From the NCBI RefSeq assembly GCF_036365525.1, contig NC_090416.1, forward strand, positions 14,480,945 to 14,544,944: 64,000 nucleotides of DNA, given 5' to 3'. Made by a program: the position numbers and the translations under genes. Below, piece after piece: positions 22,001-34,422 of the stretch (position 1 is the first letter of the stretch; the number at the start of each line of letters is the position of its first letter). The notes below the pieces were generated by a model. The model was not told the DNA's origin. It ran no database searches and was given only the letters and a program-made list of their open reading frames with translations. The DNA is from Heterodontus francisci. Lineage: Eukaryota.

Positions 22001-25000
22001 CAGGTTGCTCATGCACTTTCTGATGTGAGATGAGGTACAGCAGTCGAGAGTAAATATCTTGGCTGAAATACTTGATCGTGCTTCCTCCTCCCTTTCCCTA
22101 GCCTGGGATGCTGAGGTCATTTCTAACACCCCATCGGCCGCGATGTCTGGGATCAGCTATCTCAGCATAGATCAAGATTAAATCTGGGTATGCTGAGCGG
22201 GAATTAGAACATTAGAACGTTACAGCGCAGTACAGGCCCATCGGCCCTCGATGTTGCGCCGACCATCTGACCTACACTATTCCATTTTCATCCATATGTC
22301 TATCCAATGACCACTTAAATGCCCTTAAAGTTGGCGAGTCTACTACTGTTGCAGGCAGGGCGTTCCACGCCCCTACTACTCTCTGCGTAAAGAAACTACC
22401 TCTGACATCTGTCCTATATCTTTCACCCCTCAACTTGAAGCTATGTCCCCTCGTGTTTGCCATCACCATCCGAGGGAAAAGACTCTCACTATCCACCCTA
22501 TCTAACCCTCTGATTATCTTGTATGTCTCTATTAAGTCACCTCTCCTCCTTCTCTCTAACGAAAACAACCCCAAGTCCTTCAGCCTTTCCTCGTAAGACC
22601 TTCCTTCCATACCAGGCAACATCCTAGTAAATCTCCTCTGCACCCTTTCCAAAGCTTCCACATCCTTCCTATAATGCGGTGACCAGAACTGCACGCAATA
22701 CTCAAGGTGCGGCCTCACCAGAGTTTTGTACAGCTGCATCATGACCTTGTGGCTCCGAAACTCGATCCCCCTACTAATAAAAGCTAACACACCATATGCC
22801 TTCTTAACAGCCCTATTAACCTGGGTAGCAACTTTCAGGGATTTATGTACCTGGACACCAAGATCTCTCTGCTCATCTACACTACCAAGAATCTTCCCAT
22901 TAGCCCAGTACTCTGCATTGCTGTTACTCCTTCCAAAGTGAATCACCTCACACTTCTCCGCATTAAACTCCATTTGCCATCTCTCAGCCCAGCTCTGCAG
23001 CCTATCTATGTCCTTCTGTACCCTACAACACCCTTCGACACTATCCACAACTCCACCGACCTTTGTGTCATCCGCAAATTTACTAACCCACCCTTCTACA
23101 CCCTCATCCAGGTCATTTATAAAAATGACAAACAGCAGTGGCCCCAAAACAGAACCTTGCGGTACACCACTAGTAACTAAACTCCAGGATGAACATTTGC
23201 CATCAACCACTACCCTCTGTCTTCTTTCAGCTAGCCAATTTCTGATCCAAAGCTCTAAATCACCTTCAACCCCATACTTCCGTATTTTCTGCAATAGCCT
23301 ACCGTGGGGAACCTTATCAAACGCCTTACTGCAATCCATATACACCACATCCACGGCTTTACCCTCATCCACCTGTTTGGTCACCTTCTCGAAAAACTCA
23401 ATAAGGTTTGTGAGGCACGACCTACCTTTCACAAAACCGTGCTGACTATCGCAAATGAACTTATTCTTTTCAAGATGATTATAAATCCTATCTCTTATAA
23501 CCCTTTCCAACATTTTACCCACAACCGAAGTAAGGCTCACAGGTCTATAATTACCAGGGCTGTCTCTACTCCCCTTCTTGAACAAGGGGACAACATTTGC
23601 TATCCTCCAGTCCTCCGGCACAACTCCTGTCGACAATGACGACATAAAGATCAACAACAACGGCTCTGCAATCTCCTCCCTGGCTTCCCAGAGAATCCTA
23701 GGATAAATCCCATCTGGCCCAGGGGACTTATCTATTTTCACTCTTTCCAAAATTGATAACACCTCCTCCTTGTGAATCTCAATCCCATCTAGCCTAGTAG
23801 GCTGTATCTCAGTAATCTCCTCGGCAACATTTTCTTTCTCTACTGTAAATACTGACGAAAAATATTCATTTAACGCTTCCCCTATCTCCTCTGATTCCGC
23901 ACACAACTTCCCACTACTATCCTTGATTGGCCCTGTTCTAACTCTTATCATTCGTTTATTCCTGATATACCTATAGAAAGCCTTAGGGTTTTCTTTGATC
24001 CTATCCGCCAATGACTTCTCGTGTCCTCTCCTTGCTCTTCTTAGCCCTCCCTTTAGATCCTTCCTGGCTAGCTTGTAACTCTCAAGCGCCCTAACTGAGC
24101 CTTCACGTCTCATCCTAACATAAGCCGCCCTCTTCCTCTTGACAAGCGCTTCAACTTCTTGAGTAAACCACGGCTCCCTCGCTCGACAACTTCCTCCCTG
24201 CCTGACAGGTACATACTTATCAAGGACACGCATTAGCTGCTCCTTGAATAAGCTCCACATTTCGTTTGTGCCCATCCCCTGCAGTTTCCTTCCCCATCCT
24301 ACACATCCTAAATCTTGCCTAATCGCGTCATAATTTCCTTTCCCCCAGCTATAATTCTTGCCCTGCGGTATATACCTGTCCCTGCCCATCGCTAAGGTAA
24401 ACCTAACCGAATTGTGATCACTATCGCCAAAGTGCTCACCTACATCTAAATCTAACACCTGGCCGGGTTCATTACCCAGTACCAAATCCAATGTGGCATC
24501 GCCCCTGGTTGGCCTGTCCACATACTGTGTCAGAAAACCCTCCTGCACACACTGGACAAAAACAGACCCATCTAAAGTACTCGAACTATAGTATTTCCAG
24601 TCAATATTTGGAAAGTTAAAGTCCCCCATAACCACTACCCTGTTACACTCGCTCCTGTCGAGAATCATCTTTGCTATCCTTTTCTCTACATCTCTGGAAC
24701 TATTCGGAGGTCTATAGAAAACTCCCAACAGGGTGACCTCTCCTCTCCTGTTTCTAACCTCGGCCCATACTACCTCAGTAGACGAGTCCTCAAACGTCCT
24801 TTCTGCCGCTGTAATACTTTCCTTGATTAACAATGCCACACCCCCCCCTCTTTTACCCTCTTCTCTGTTCTTACTGAAACATCTAAATCCCGGAACCTGC
24901 AACATCCATTCCTGCCCCTGCTCTACGCATGTCTCTGAAATGGCCACAACATCAGGATCCCAGGTACCAACCCATGCTGCAAGCTCACCCACCTTATTCC

Positions 25001-28000
25001 GGATGCTCCTGGCGTTGAAGTAGACACACTTTAAACCAAGTTCTTGCTTGCCAGTGCCCTCTTGCATCCCTGTAACCTTATCCCCTACCTCACTACTCTC
25101 AACAGCCTGTACACTGGAACTACAATTTAGGTTCCCATTCCCCTGCTGATTTAGTTTAAACCCCCCCGAAGAGCACTAACAAATCTCCCCCCAAGGATAT
25201 TGGTACCCCTCTGGTTCAGGTGAAGACCATCCTGTTTGTAGAGGTCCCACCTACCCCAGAAAGAGCCCCAATTATCCAGGAAACCAAAACCCTCCCTCCT
25301 ACACCATCCCTGCAGCCACGTGTTCAACTCCTCTCTCTCCCTGTTCCTCTCTTCGCTAGCACGTGGCACGGGCAACAACCCAGAGATAACAACTCTGGTC
25401 GTTCTCGCTCTAAGCTTCCACCCTAGCTCCCTGAATTTCTGCCTTAAATCCCCATCTCTCTTCCTACCTATGTCGTTGGTGCCTATGTGGACCACGACTT
25501 GGGGGTGCTCCCCCTCCCCCTTAAGGATCCCAAAAACACGATCAGAGACATCACGTACCCTGGCACCTGGGAGGCAACACACCAACCGTGAGTCTCTCTC
25601 GTTCCCACAGAACCTCCTATCTGTTCCCCTAACTATGGAGTCCCCAATGACTAATGCTCTGCTCCTCTTCCCTTTTCCCTTCTGAGCAACAGGGACAGAC
25701 TCTGTGCCAGAGACCTGCACCCCATTGCTTACCCCTGGTAAGTCGTTCCCCCCCCCAACAGTATCCAAAACGGTATACCTGTTGTTGAGGGAAACGGCCA
25801 CAGGGGATCCCTGCACTGCCTGCTGGTTCCCTTTCCTTCCCCTGACGGTAACCCATCTACCTACTTCTTTTACCTGAGGTGTGACTGCCTCCCTATAACT
25901 CCTGTCAATAATCCCCTCCGCCTCCCGAATGATCCGAAGTTCATCCAGCTCCAGTTCCCTAACGCGGTCTGCGAGGAGCTGGCGTTGGGTGCACTTCCCG
26001 CAGATGCAGTCAGCAGGGACAGTCTTGGCGACCCCTACCTCCCACATTCTGCAGGAGGAACATACAACTGCCTTTACCTCCATTCCCACTATTCTAGATT
26101 CCCAACAAATCTACTGAAAAACCAAACCAAAAAAAAAAGTCAAAACTTGTTCGCTTAGCAATCCGACGGACTGAACTTTTTAAATAAAAAGCTTACCTTA
26201 TCAACACACCAGAGTCCTTTTTTTTTGGTTAGAGGAGGAGGGTGGGTGGGAGACACTACACGTGTAGTGTCTCTGGTACTGCCACTGCCCAAATAAATAG
26301 TTTTCCCTTACCCAGCAGTCCCCTAGTCCTCCAGAACAAAAGGGGATTAACTTGTAACTTACTGAAATTGACCGCTCAGCTGTAAGTCCGCTCCGCACCT
26401 CGTTCTGTCAAAGCTGCTCCTCGCAAAAAAAAAAAGCCACTTATCCACTGGCTCTCCAGCTAGCAGTCTACAGATGTTGCTGTGGTGATTTGGAGGGAGC
26501 CATTCCTTCGTGATTCCGCCCCAAGGGAAAGTGGGGTTGGTGGTGGCACAAACTGGGTGCATTCTGATTAACCCTCCCTGACCTTTGCTGCGGGTTACTG
26601 TTCCACAAGTCATTCGTCACGTGAGTTTCGAGAATGGGTTTCTATAGTGTATTTAACCATGGGTTCTGTTACAGCAAAGCTTGGGTCTATCCTCATCTGG
26701 GATCCAATCGTCCTGTCCAGTTGGTGACACTGATTAATGGGGTTCCCGTCTGGGTTTTCCTCTTGCCAGAGGTACTAAGATTGGTTTTGACACCTACACC
26801 ATCACTTGGATTGAGATTAACTAACTGCACAGATCATAAATGGAACTTGAATCTTTCTGATCTTTATGGCTCAGTTCCTTGCTGTGTAATGGGATGGGGG
26901 GGGTGTTAATGAAAATATAGATCTCATTGCATTGTAATGCTTCAAATGAAGCAACACTTTGCTCTCTTACTGGTCTTGGGGGAAACTGCTAACTGGTCGT
27001 GTTAACCTCTCTGAAAATTCATGTGTTTACTGCACGGATCAGGATTCCAGAGTGGAAGTAGTTTGTTCACAGAGGCGATGTAACCAGCTTTTCTTTGTTG
27101 ACAGATTCCCGGTGGTTTCATTCACGACTCCAGTGTGCTGCGCGGAGTGATGTTGAACAAGGATGTCACCCACCCGCGGATGCGCAGGCATATCAAGAAC
27201 CCCCGCATCATGCTGCTGGACTGCTCGTTGGAATACAAGAAAGGAGAGAGCCAGGTACAAGGTTTACATTTTCACCTGCTGCAGTTCAGTGATTTCCCTC
27301 TTCCTGAGTGCTCGCTAGGGGGAAATACATTTCAGAGTGAGTATTAACACCACAGTGTCAGTCAATAAGGTGAAGTCAGGGCAGGAAATACAGCAAACAG
27401 AGTCCATGTTACAGCAAGCTGAACGCATGAGAAACTAGAGTCTCGCCATTAAAAGCAGGATTATTTCTCCAGCGAAATGCAGTGAGCGGAGGTCGTTACA
27501 GAATACAAATTTTGAGCGTAACATCAATCTCAGTCATTTACTGTCGGGGGAATTACTTAGCCATCGCCAGTTTGTTCTGGTGATCCGTGTTTCCTGTCCC
27601 TCCACCCACTCCATCTCTTTGGAAGATTCTGTCCGATGCTGAGGCAGATGTCCCTCGGGTACCTTCTGCAAGTGGCATTTTGTCATCTGTGAACTCAGAC
27701 AATGGGTGTTATTGGCCGGTTATTCACTCGGGGCATCGCCAGTGAGCCTGATTCTGACCTGGGAGTGGGGTCACGAAATAGTAATCGGCGGCCCTGTCTG
27801 ATAGTTTCTATCCCTTACCACTGCAGTCAGATAAGATGGAGATAGGTGGTTGTTTGATAGCATTTTCTAATATGTATAGCTCAGTGTGTTAACTCACTGA
27901 ACTATTGGAGAACTGTGTTGGTGAACGAATCAACTTCGGCGATAACCTGTTATAAAGCGAGTATCTCCCAGTGACGTGGTGTGTCTGGTATTTTTAATCA

Positions 28001-31000
28001 TAAAACATCAGTTTGGGATAATTAATCATCATTTTTGCCTGCCCTCTTAATAATCAGCCTGTGTGTTCCAGACTGATATTGAGATCACTCGTGAGGAGGA
28101 CTTCACCCGCATCCTGCAGATGGAGGAAGATTATATTCAGCAGATCTGTGAGGATATTATCCGCCTCAAGCCAGACCTCCTTTTCACTGAGAAGGGTATC
28201 TCAGGTACTGTGCACACTGCTGAAAGGGGATCTATTGGATTCAAATAGATTGCTAAATTGAGGCCCTCTGCAGAATATCAGTCCCAGAGTCTTCCTTGAA
28301 CCATTTTAATGGACTGGCTTGACCTAAAGTCTCACATGAAGCAAGATGCAATGTAATAGCGAATGCCTTGAAATGTGGCGTGGAGCCCTCGTGTAAGAAT
28401 CAAACCCAAACTTTCTGTCCCAGCGCTACCAACTGAGCCAAGCTCCTGTGACGGGTTCCTCAGTGTGTCTTCAAATTGCTTCACGGAGGCATTGAGTATT
28501 AAAGCCCAGAACCATTTCCACCCTTCCTGGCTTGCTTTGTGTCTGTCTTGTGTGCTTCTCTTGGCTCTGGTGTCATTAGCCCCAGTTTCAGAATGGGTGG
28601 ATAGCAATATCATAGCTGTCTCGTCGCAGTAAGTCCAGAGGGTTTTGGTGGTGTTGGGCTGGATGCTTCATGGCAGGGGCAGCCAGTAAGATCATTTCCT
28701 TTTTAGCACAGCTACATTTTGATCTGTAACTCTCAATTGCTGCTCTCTTTCAGATGAAAATGCTTCCAGTTAGTCCAGCTTGTATTTACAAATCCTGGCG
28801 TGCCGTCAGTGTCCTGAGTTTTGCACTCCCAAATGTACTGGCATCAACCAATCTTGTTCAGATGGCGGAAGACACCTGCTTCACCATGTTCTTGATCTGC
28901 CATCACAATGAGAGCCAGTGCCTCCATGCTTATGCTGAAGTCATGAACACAATATGAGCCTGATAAGCTATGGGCTCTGTATTGAAATTATTAATCATTA
29001 ATAATTATTAATCAAAGTCTTTCAAAGCCAAAATGCTGATTCTGGGCTCTGGGCAGGTTGGCTGGCATGTATTTGGAGAATAGAATTATTTCAGGGCATG
29101 CCAGTGTAACTTAATATGTGTCCTCCTCTTCCCCCTCAGACCTGGCCCTTCATTACCTCATGAAGGCAAATATTTCTGCTATCCGTCGCATCAGAAAGAG
29201 TGACAGCAACCGAATTGCCAGGTACGGGGTGACCTTCCTTCAATTGTTAAAAGTGGGTGGGAGGCTCTTGATAGATAGAGCTTTGCAATGAATCATGTGT
29301 GGAATGGTGTTCCTGGAATTTACCAGTCCTGTTTGGCATACACGTTTGAAATGTGAAAGTTTTAATGATTTTCACTTGGTTTTATGACCTTGCCAGCATT
29401 TCTGCTCCACACAAGCACCTCCCACCCTACTTCATCTCACCCTATCAGCATAACCTTCTATTCCTTTCTGCCTCCTATAGCTTCACCTTAAATGCATCTG
29501 TTGTTTACCTCAACCACTTCCTGTGGTAGCAAGTTCCACATTCTCACCACACTCTGGGTAAAGACGTTCCTCCTGAATTCCCATTGGATCTATCAGTGAC
29601 TATCTTGTAATGATAGCCCCTAGTTCTGGGGTCTCCCACAAGTGGAAACATCTCTATGTCTACAAGTGCTGTTTGTTTTTGCAGGGCATGTGGTGCTCGC
29701 ATTGCTAGCCGGACAGACGAGCTGCGTGAGGACGATATTGGCACTGGTGCTGGGCTGTTTGAGATCAAGAAGATTGGCGATGAATATTTTGCTTTCATCA
29801 CTGAATGCAAAGATCCCAAAGCTTGCACCATTCTCCTGCGTGGAGCGAGCAAAGAGATACTGGCGGTAAGCAGGGCAGTGGATCAACGCTCTTTCCAGGT
29901 GTATGCTGGATTTGCGCGCTATCTGAGAGGTGTTTAAAATTCTAACAGGTAAGATAGAAACAGGCTGTTTCCAGTGAGGGGTATAGATACAAGATTAACG
30001 TTTGAAGATTTAGGACAGAGGGGAAAAGAATCTTTTTGCACAGAGTTGCAAGGTTGTGGACTAGAACTGGAGTTAGTGATTGAAGCAATAATAGATGAAT
30101 AGGTAGTTGAAGGGAAACAGGTTGGGCACGAGGGATTAGGGCTACTGCTTGTGTGGATGATAAACACACAACACTGACTGTGCCCAAAGTCCTGTTTCCA
30201 CGTAATATTTGTTGAGCTGTCAGAGTTTGGGACTGTCTGGTCCAGGATAAACACTCCAATTCCTGAGGAGAACTTAAAAGACTCCAGCCGTCCAAGGACT
30301 GATCTTCCTGCCAGTCACAGAAACAAGGCCATCACTACTGGGATGGAGGACTTAGGATGATGAGCTGGGAGGAACCAGATGATCTCACAGGGCTGAATGA
30401 GGTGTCGAGGCCGTGGAAGGATTTGGAAATAAGGCTGAGAATGTAAAACTCCAGAAGTCAATGTACTACTTATTATAGTTCTGTGTGTGGTTTCAGTGTT
30501 TGGTTTGTGTTTCAGGAGGTGGAGCGTAACTTGCAGGATGCCATGCAGGTGACTCGTAACATACTGCTGGAGCCACACTTGGTGCCTGGTGGCGGAGCAG
30601 TGGAAATGGCCATAGCGCACGCCCTGACTGAAAAATCCAAGACCATGACTGGAGTGGAGCAGTGGCCATACCGTGCAGTGGCAAATGCCCTCGAGGTCAT
30701 CCCCAGGACACTAATCCAGAACTGTGGAGCAAGCACCATCCGTTTGCTCACCTCCCTTCGGGTAAGGTGTTTCCTTCGACACAGGCGACTGGAATAGTGT
30801 CCCGGCCCATCCGTGATAATATACTTTCCTGACAGCCTAGTGGGTGCTGGTGTAGTACCAGCCAGGCAGGTCCAGAAGTTCCAGGTTCAGTTACTAGTCT
30901 CTGCTGCATGCTGCTCATAGGCGGTGTTTCGATGGGCCTTGGGACCCCTGGGCATGGAGGCTAAATCAGTGAGGGTTCCCGCTCATGATTACTTCTAGGG

Positions 31001-34000
31001 TCGAAATCCATCCCTTTCCCTGGCCACTGTCCTATGTTAAACTAGACTGTTCACAGATTCGCCGTCTTGTTTGACCCTCAAGCTGAGCTTCTGACCCACT
31101 CATAAAAGACAGCCTACTTCCATCTCTGTAACATGGCCCATCTCCACCTCTGCACTCAGCCCATCTGCTGCTGAAACCCTCATCTGTGTGTTTATTACCT
31201 CTTGACCTGCAGGATTAATATGGAGCTGAAGGGGAAGCTGTGGTAACAGGTCCCATTAGTGCACCAGTGACTGTACTGTAGAGCCGACAAGCTCAGGTAC
31301 CACATTGGAGTTTGTCTCTGGGGCATTAACTCAGTTCCAGTTTTGCATCACCAGAGATGCCCGCCTGGTGCCAGTTCTGCTCCAGAAATGCTTACTTCAA
31401 TGAAGTATGCATGCTGGAAAGTAATGGTTTTTCGTTCTGCCCTGTTTTTCAAAACCTTTCACAATTCTAAACAGTTAACATTAGTGGCTAAACATACTTC
31501 TACAGGATTGGACGTAGAGTTTCTGCACCAATGCAGGTATTTCCCATCTTCCCTTCCCTGCCTTTTCCTGGTCTCCATACTATATGGGAAGCCCCTTCCA
31601 ATTTGACTATGTCTAGAATGACTCTCTCTTGCTCTGAGGCTGTTGTACCTGCGTGATCTAAACAGCAACCTGCATGTCCTCTCCACAGGCAAAACACACA
31701 CAGGAGGGCTGCCAGACCTGGGGAGTCAATGGAGAGACTGGAGCATTGGCAGACATGAAGGAACTCGGGATCTGGGAGCCTCTGACTGTCAAATCACAGA
31801 CTTTCAAAACATCAGTCGAGGTGAGTCTCACCAGAGAGCCTAGCACAACTGAGCGGGCGAGGGTAACAGTTACGATTTCTGGAATGAAAAGGTGCAGGTT
31901 TGTAGTGGCCCTTCCCACAACTATTCAATTACAATGTAAGTAATTCATTGACCGATCTTCATCACTCCACCATTGGCGGCCGTACCTCCAGCTGCCTGGG
32001 CTCTAAGTTCTGGAATTCCTTCCCTAGACCTCTCCGCCTCTCTCTCCTTTTAAGATGCTCCTTAAAACTGACCTCTGACTAAGCTTTTGGTCACCTGTCC
32101 TCAATATCTGCTTTTGTGGCTGTGTCAGATTGAGTCTGATAAAGCTCCTGTGAAGCGCTTGGGAACATTTGGACATTTTACTATATTAAAGGAGCTATAT
32201 AAATTCAAGTTGATGAGACACCGATATTTTGCCACGAGCTGTTTACCAGAATGGATATGTCTGCAACAGTTATTTTGGTATTTTCTTTATTTTGAAAGCA
32301 AAGGTTGGAAATTTTTTTTGCTAGCTGTAAATGTGGATATAATTGTTCACTGCAGCAAGAATGTGTGTTGCAAACAGTACTTGTTCGTAACATTGTTGGT
32401 GGGTGAGGGGGGGGGGTCTCAAGATTTTGGCTCCAGGGATGTCCCAACTAGCACCCATGAAACCCAGATAACTCCATCTCATTTACTTCACTCTGGTTTG
32501 TCCAGTTTAAATTTCACAGGCCCAGTGGTGTGCAAAGGGCTTATTTTAGCCCTCATCTTATTGGCGGGTAAATTGGAGCACTAAGACCTGTTAGTATCGG
32601 CAATTTGAAATATGATTAATAGGATCATGGATTTAAATAGTGTATGCAACAACTTGCATTTATATAGCACCTTTTATTGTCGTAAAATGTCCCAAGGCAC
32701 TTCACAGGAGCGTTATCAGACAAAAACTGACACTGAGCCACGTAAGATATTAGGGACAGGTGACCAAAAGCTTGGTCAGAGGTCAGTTTTAAGGAGCATC
32801 TTAAAGACGGAGAGGTTTCAGGAGGGAATTCCAGAGCTTAGGACCCAAGCAGCTGAAGGCATAGCTGCCAATGATGGGGCGATGGAAATCGGGAGATACT
32901 CGAGGCCAGAATTGGAGGAGCACAGAGATCTTGGAGAGTTGGCGGGCTGGAAGAGGGTTAGAGAGATGAGGGGGGGGGGGGGGGGGTGGGGGTGCAAGGT
33001 GGGGCAGTGAAGGGAATTTAAAACTAGGGTGGTAATTTTAAAGTTGACTTGATGCTGGACCGGGAGTCAATGTTAGTCAATGAGAACAGGGGGACAATGA
33101 GTGAATGGGACTTGTTACAAGTTAGGAAATGGGCAGCAGAGTTTTGGTTGCCCTCCAGTTTAAAGCGGGTAGAACATGGGAGGCCAACCATGAGTGTGTT
33201 AAATAGTCGAGTCTAGAGGTCACAAAGGCATGGAAGCCATGCTGTGTCCTAAGTGGCTCTCAAAGACAAACAGGGCGGCGCAGTGGTTAGCACCGCAGCC
33301 TCACAGCTCCAGCGACCCGGGTTCAATTCTGGGTACTGCCTGTGTGGAGTTTGCAAGTTCTCCCTGTGTCTGCGTGGGTTTTCTCCGGGTGCTCCGGCTT
33401 CCTCCCACAATCCAAAAGACTTGCAGGTTGGTAGGTAAATTGGCCATTATAAATTGTCCCTAGTATAGGTAGGTGGTAGGGAAATATAGGGACAGGTGGG
33501 GATGTGGTAGGAATATGGGATTAGTGTAGGAGTAGTATAAATGGGTGGTTGATGGTCGGCACAGACTCGGTGGGCCGAAGGGCCTGTTTCAGTGCTGTAT
33601 CTCTAAACTAAACTAAATTCATCCACTCGGCTGGAAGACCTGATCCTTCTGCTGAGGATCTTACTTACCTCATGCATGCCATTCAATCAAAGGCTTTTAA
33701 CTGAGGATAGATTAATGTGTGGTAGAATGTTGAGAGATCAGGTGGAAAACAACAGAGACGTAACTGGACCACAGCCAACAATATCTGGGAGTTCAGGGAA
33801 TGCTTCCACATGTATGCCATGTTTCATTTCGAGCAGAATGTATACCTCGTCTCAGACATTGCCTTGTGCCTGTTCAAATCTGACCCAGTGCAGCTGCTGT
33901 GTGATTGCAGCCTTGGGAAAGCCAGCCTCCCCTTCTGTGGCAATGTGTAACCGAGGAGTAGGAAGATGCCAAATTCAGCCCTCCAAACTGTGCCACATAA

Positions 34001-34422
34001 TCTAACCTCAGTCACAGCAGCATTAGAGTTGCAACAATTGGTTTGTGACCTGGGCTTTGTCAGGGACAGGATTCATGCCACCTGCTCACTAAACAGTAAA
34101 TCCACTGGGCAGTCTGATTGCCAGATGAGGACAGGATCTGGCTGGGATGTCCTGTTCTTGAACAGGCTGGCAGCACTTGCTATTCAGCCTCACGGGGTTG
34201 GGGGTTGATTGCTTCCTGTGGGATTGTATCCCACCACTATTCAGGAGTCTTGAAGGCCCCTTGCCCAGTGTGTAAGTGCAGCCTGTTGTGTGCGGATCAT
34301 TCTCACGTGCATTGTTTCCTCAGACCGCCATCTTGCTCCTGCGCATTGACGACATAGTGTCCGGTCACAAAAGCAAGAAGGACGACAGTCACGGAGGTGA
34401 TGGGGATGCGTCATACAATTAA
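13047..34422 (+). CDS. CCT3: T-complex protein 1 subunit gamma, 542 aa; exons 13047-13074, 13180-13241, 18465-18515, 18839-18901, 19768-19864, 20860-20977, 21483-21669, 27105-27254, 28072-28204, 29140-29221, 29685-29865, 30516-30761, 31689-31820, 34324-34422
   Basis: 14 exons sum to 1629 nt with consistent phases. Motifs [49 protein letters not shown] and [11 protein letters not shown] are present. AATAAA at 34675-34680. Confidence 0.98.
13325..18240 (+). repeat. 28-bp minisatellite (about 160 units) grading into about 12 units of a 31-bp variant, in CCT3 intron 2
   Basis: Unit GGGACTCGGTGCCAATTGGGGGGATAAC and variants to about 17862, then GGGACTCGGTGCCGTTTGGGAGGTGAATAAC. Confidence 0.99.
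22272..25067 (-). CDS. CR1 ORF2: AP endonuclease plus reverse transcriptase
   Basis: NARS, GDFN, SDH (endonuclease); [29 protein letters not shown] (RT); 931 aa uninterrupted. Confidence 0.95.
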   Translation of the reverse strand: MQEGTGKQELGLKCVYFNARSIRNKVGELAAWVGTWDPDVVAISETCVEQGQEWMLQVPGFRCFSKNREEGKRGGGVALLIKESITAAERTFEDSSTEVVWAEVRNRRGEVTLLGVFYRPPNSSRDVEKRIAKMILDRSECNRVVVMGDFNFPNIDWKYYSSSTLDGSVFVQCVQEGFLTQYVDRPTRGDATLDLVLGNEPGQVLDLDVGEHFGDSDHNSVRFTLAMGRDRYIPQGKNYSWGKGNYDAIRQDLGCVGWGRKLQGMGTNEMWSLFKEQLMRVLDKYVPVRQGGSCRAREPWFTQEVEALVKRKRAAYVRMRREGSVRALESYKLARKDLKGGLRRARRGHEKSLADRIKENPKAFYRYIRNKRMIRVRTGPIKDSSGKLCAESEEIGEALNEYFSSVFTVEKENVAEEITEIQPTRLDGIEIHKEEVLSILERVKIDKSPGPDGIYPRILWEAREEIAEPLLLIFMSSLSTGVVPEDWRIANVVPLFKKGSRDSPGNYRPVSLTSVVGKMLERVIRDRIYNHLEKNKFICDSQHGFVKGRSCLTNLIEFFEKVTKQVDEGKAVDVVYMDCSKAFDKVPHGRLLQKIRKYGVEGDLELWIRNWLAERRQRVVVDGKCSSWSLVTSGVPQGSVLGPLLFVIFINDLDEGVEGWVSKFADDTKVGGVVDSVEGCCRVQKDIDRLQSWAERWQMEFNAEKCEVIHFGRSNSNAEYWANGKILGSVDEQRDLGVQVHKSLKVATQVNRAVKKAYGVLAFISRGIEFRSHKVMMQLYKTLVRPHLEYCVQFWSPHYRKDVEALERVQRRFTRMLPGMEGRSYEERLKDLGLFSLERRRRGDLIETYKIIRGLDRVDSESLFPRMVMANTRGHSFKLRGERYRTDVRGSFFTQRVVGAWNALPATVVDSPTLRAFKWSLDRHMDENGIV
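25151..26089 (-). CDS. CR1 ORF1: zinc finger/leucine zipper plus SGNH (GDSL) esterase
   Basis: CSSC..CGKC, short zipper, GDSIVRG, HIGTND and DGLHLN esterase blocks. Confidence 0.92.
   Translation of the reverse strand: MGMEVKAVVCSSCRMWEVGVAKTVPADCICGKCTQRQLLADRVRELELDELRIIREAEGIIDRSYREAVTPQVKEVGRWVTVRGRKGNQQAVQGSPVAVSLNNRYTVLDTVGGGNDLPGVSNGVQVSGTESVPVAQKGKGKRSRALVIGDSIVRGTDRRFCGNERDSRLVCCLPGARVRDVSDRVFGILKGEGEHPQVVVHIGTNDIGRKRDGDLRQKFRELGWKLRARTTRVVISGLLPVPRASEERNREREELNTWLQGWCRREGFGFLDNWGSFWGRWDLYKQDGLHLNQRGTNILGGRFVSALRGGLN
33272..33617 (+). mobile_element. HE1-like V-SINE (tRNA-derived head, CR1/HER1-type tail)
   Basis: tRNA-like head with CAGTGGTTAG and GGTTCAATTC boxes; V-domain TGTGTGGAGTTTGCA..TCTCCCTGTGTCTGCGTGGGTTT; (TAAAC)n tail. 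Confidence 0.9.

Larger units (their letters stand above)
22203..26424 (-). mobile_element. Full-length CR1 LINE in CCT3 intron 7, antisense to the host
   Basis: Two open ORFs, a 5' UTR of about 330 bp and a 3' tail GTTCTAATGTTCTAA; 5' boundary approximate. Confidence 0.95.

Noticed and set aside
33272-33345. tRNA-like sequence
   Set aside because: It is the head of an HE1-like SINE, followed by a V-domain and LINE tail; not a tRNA gene.
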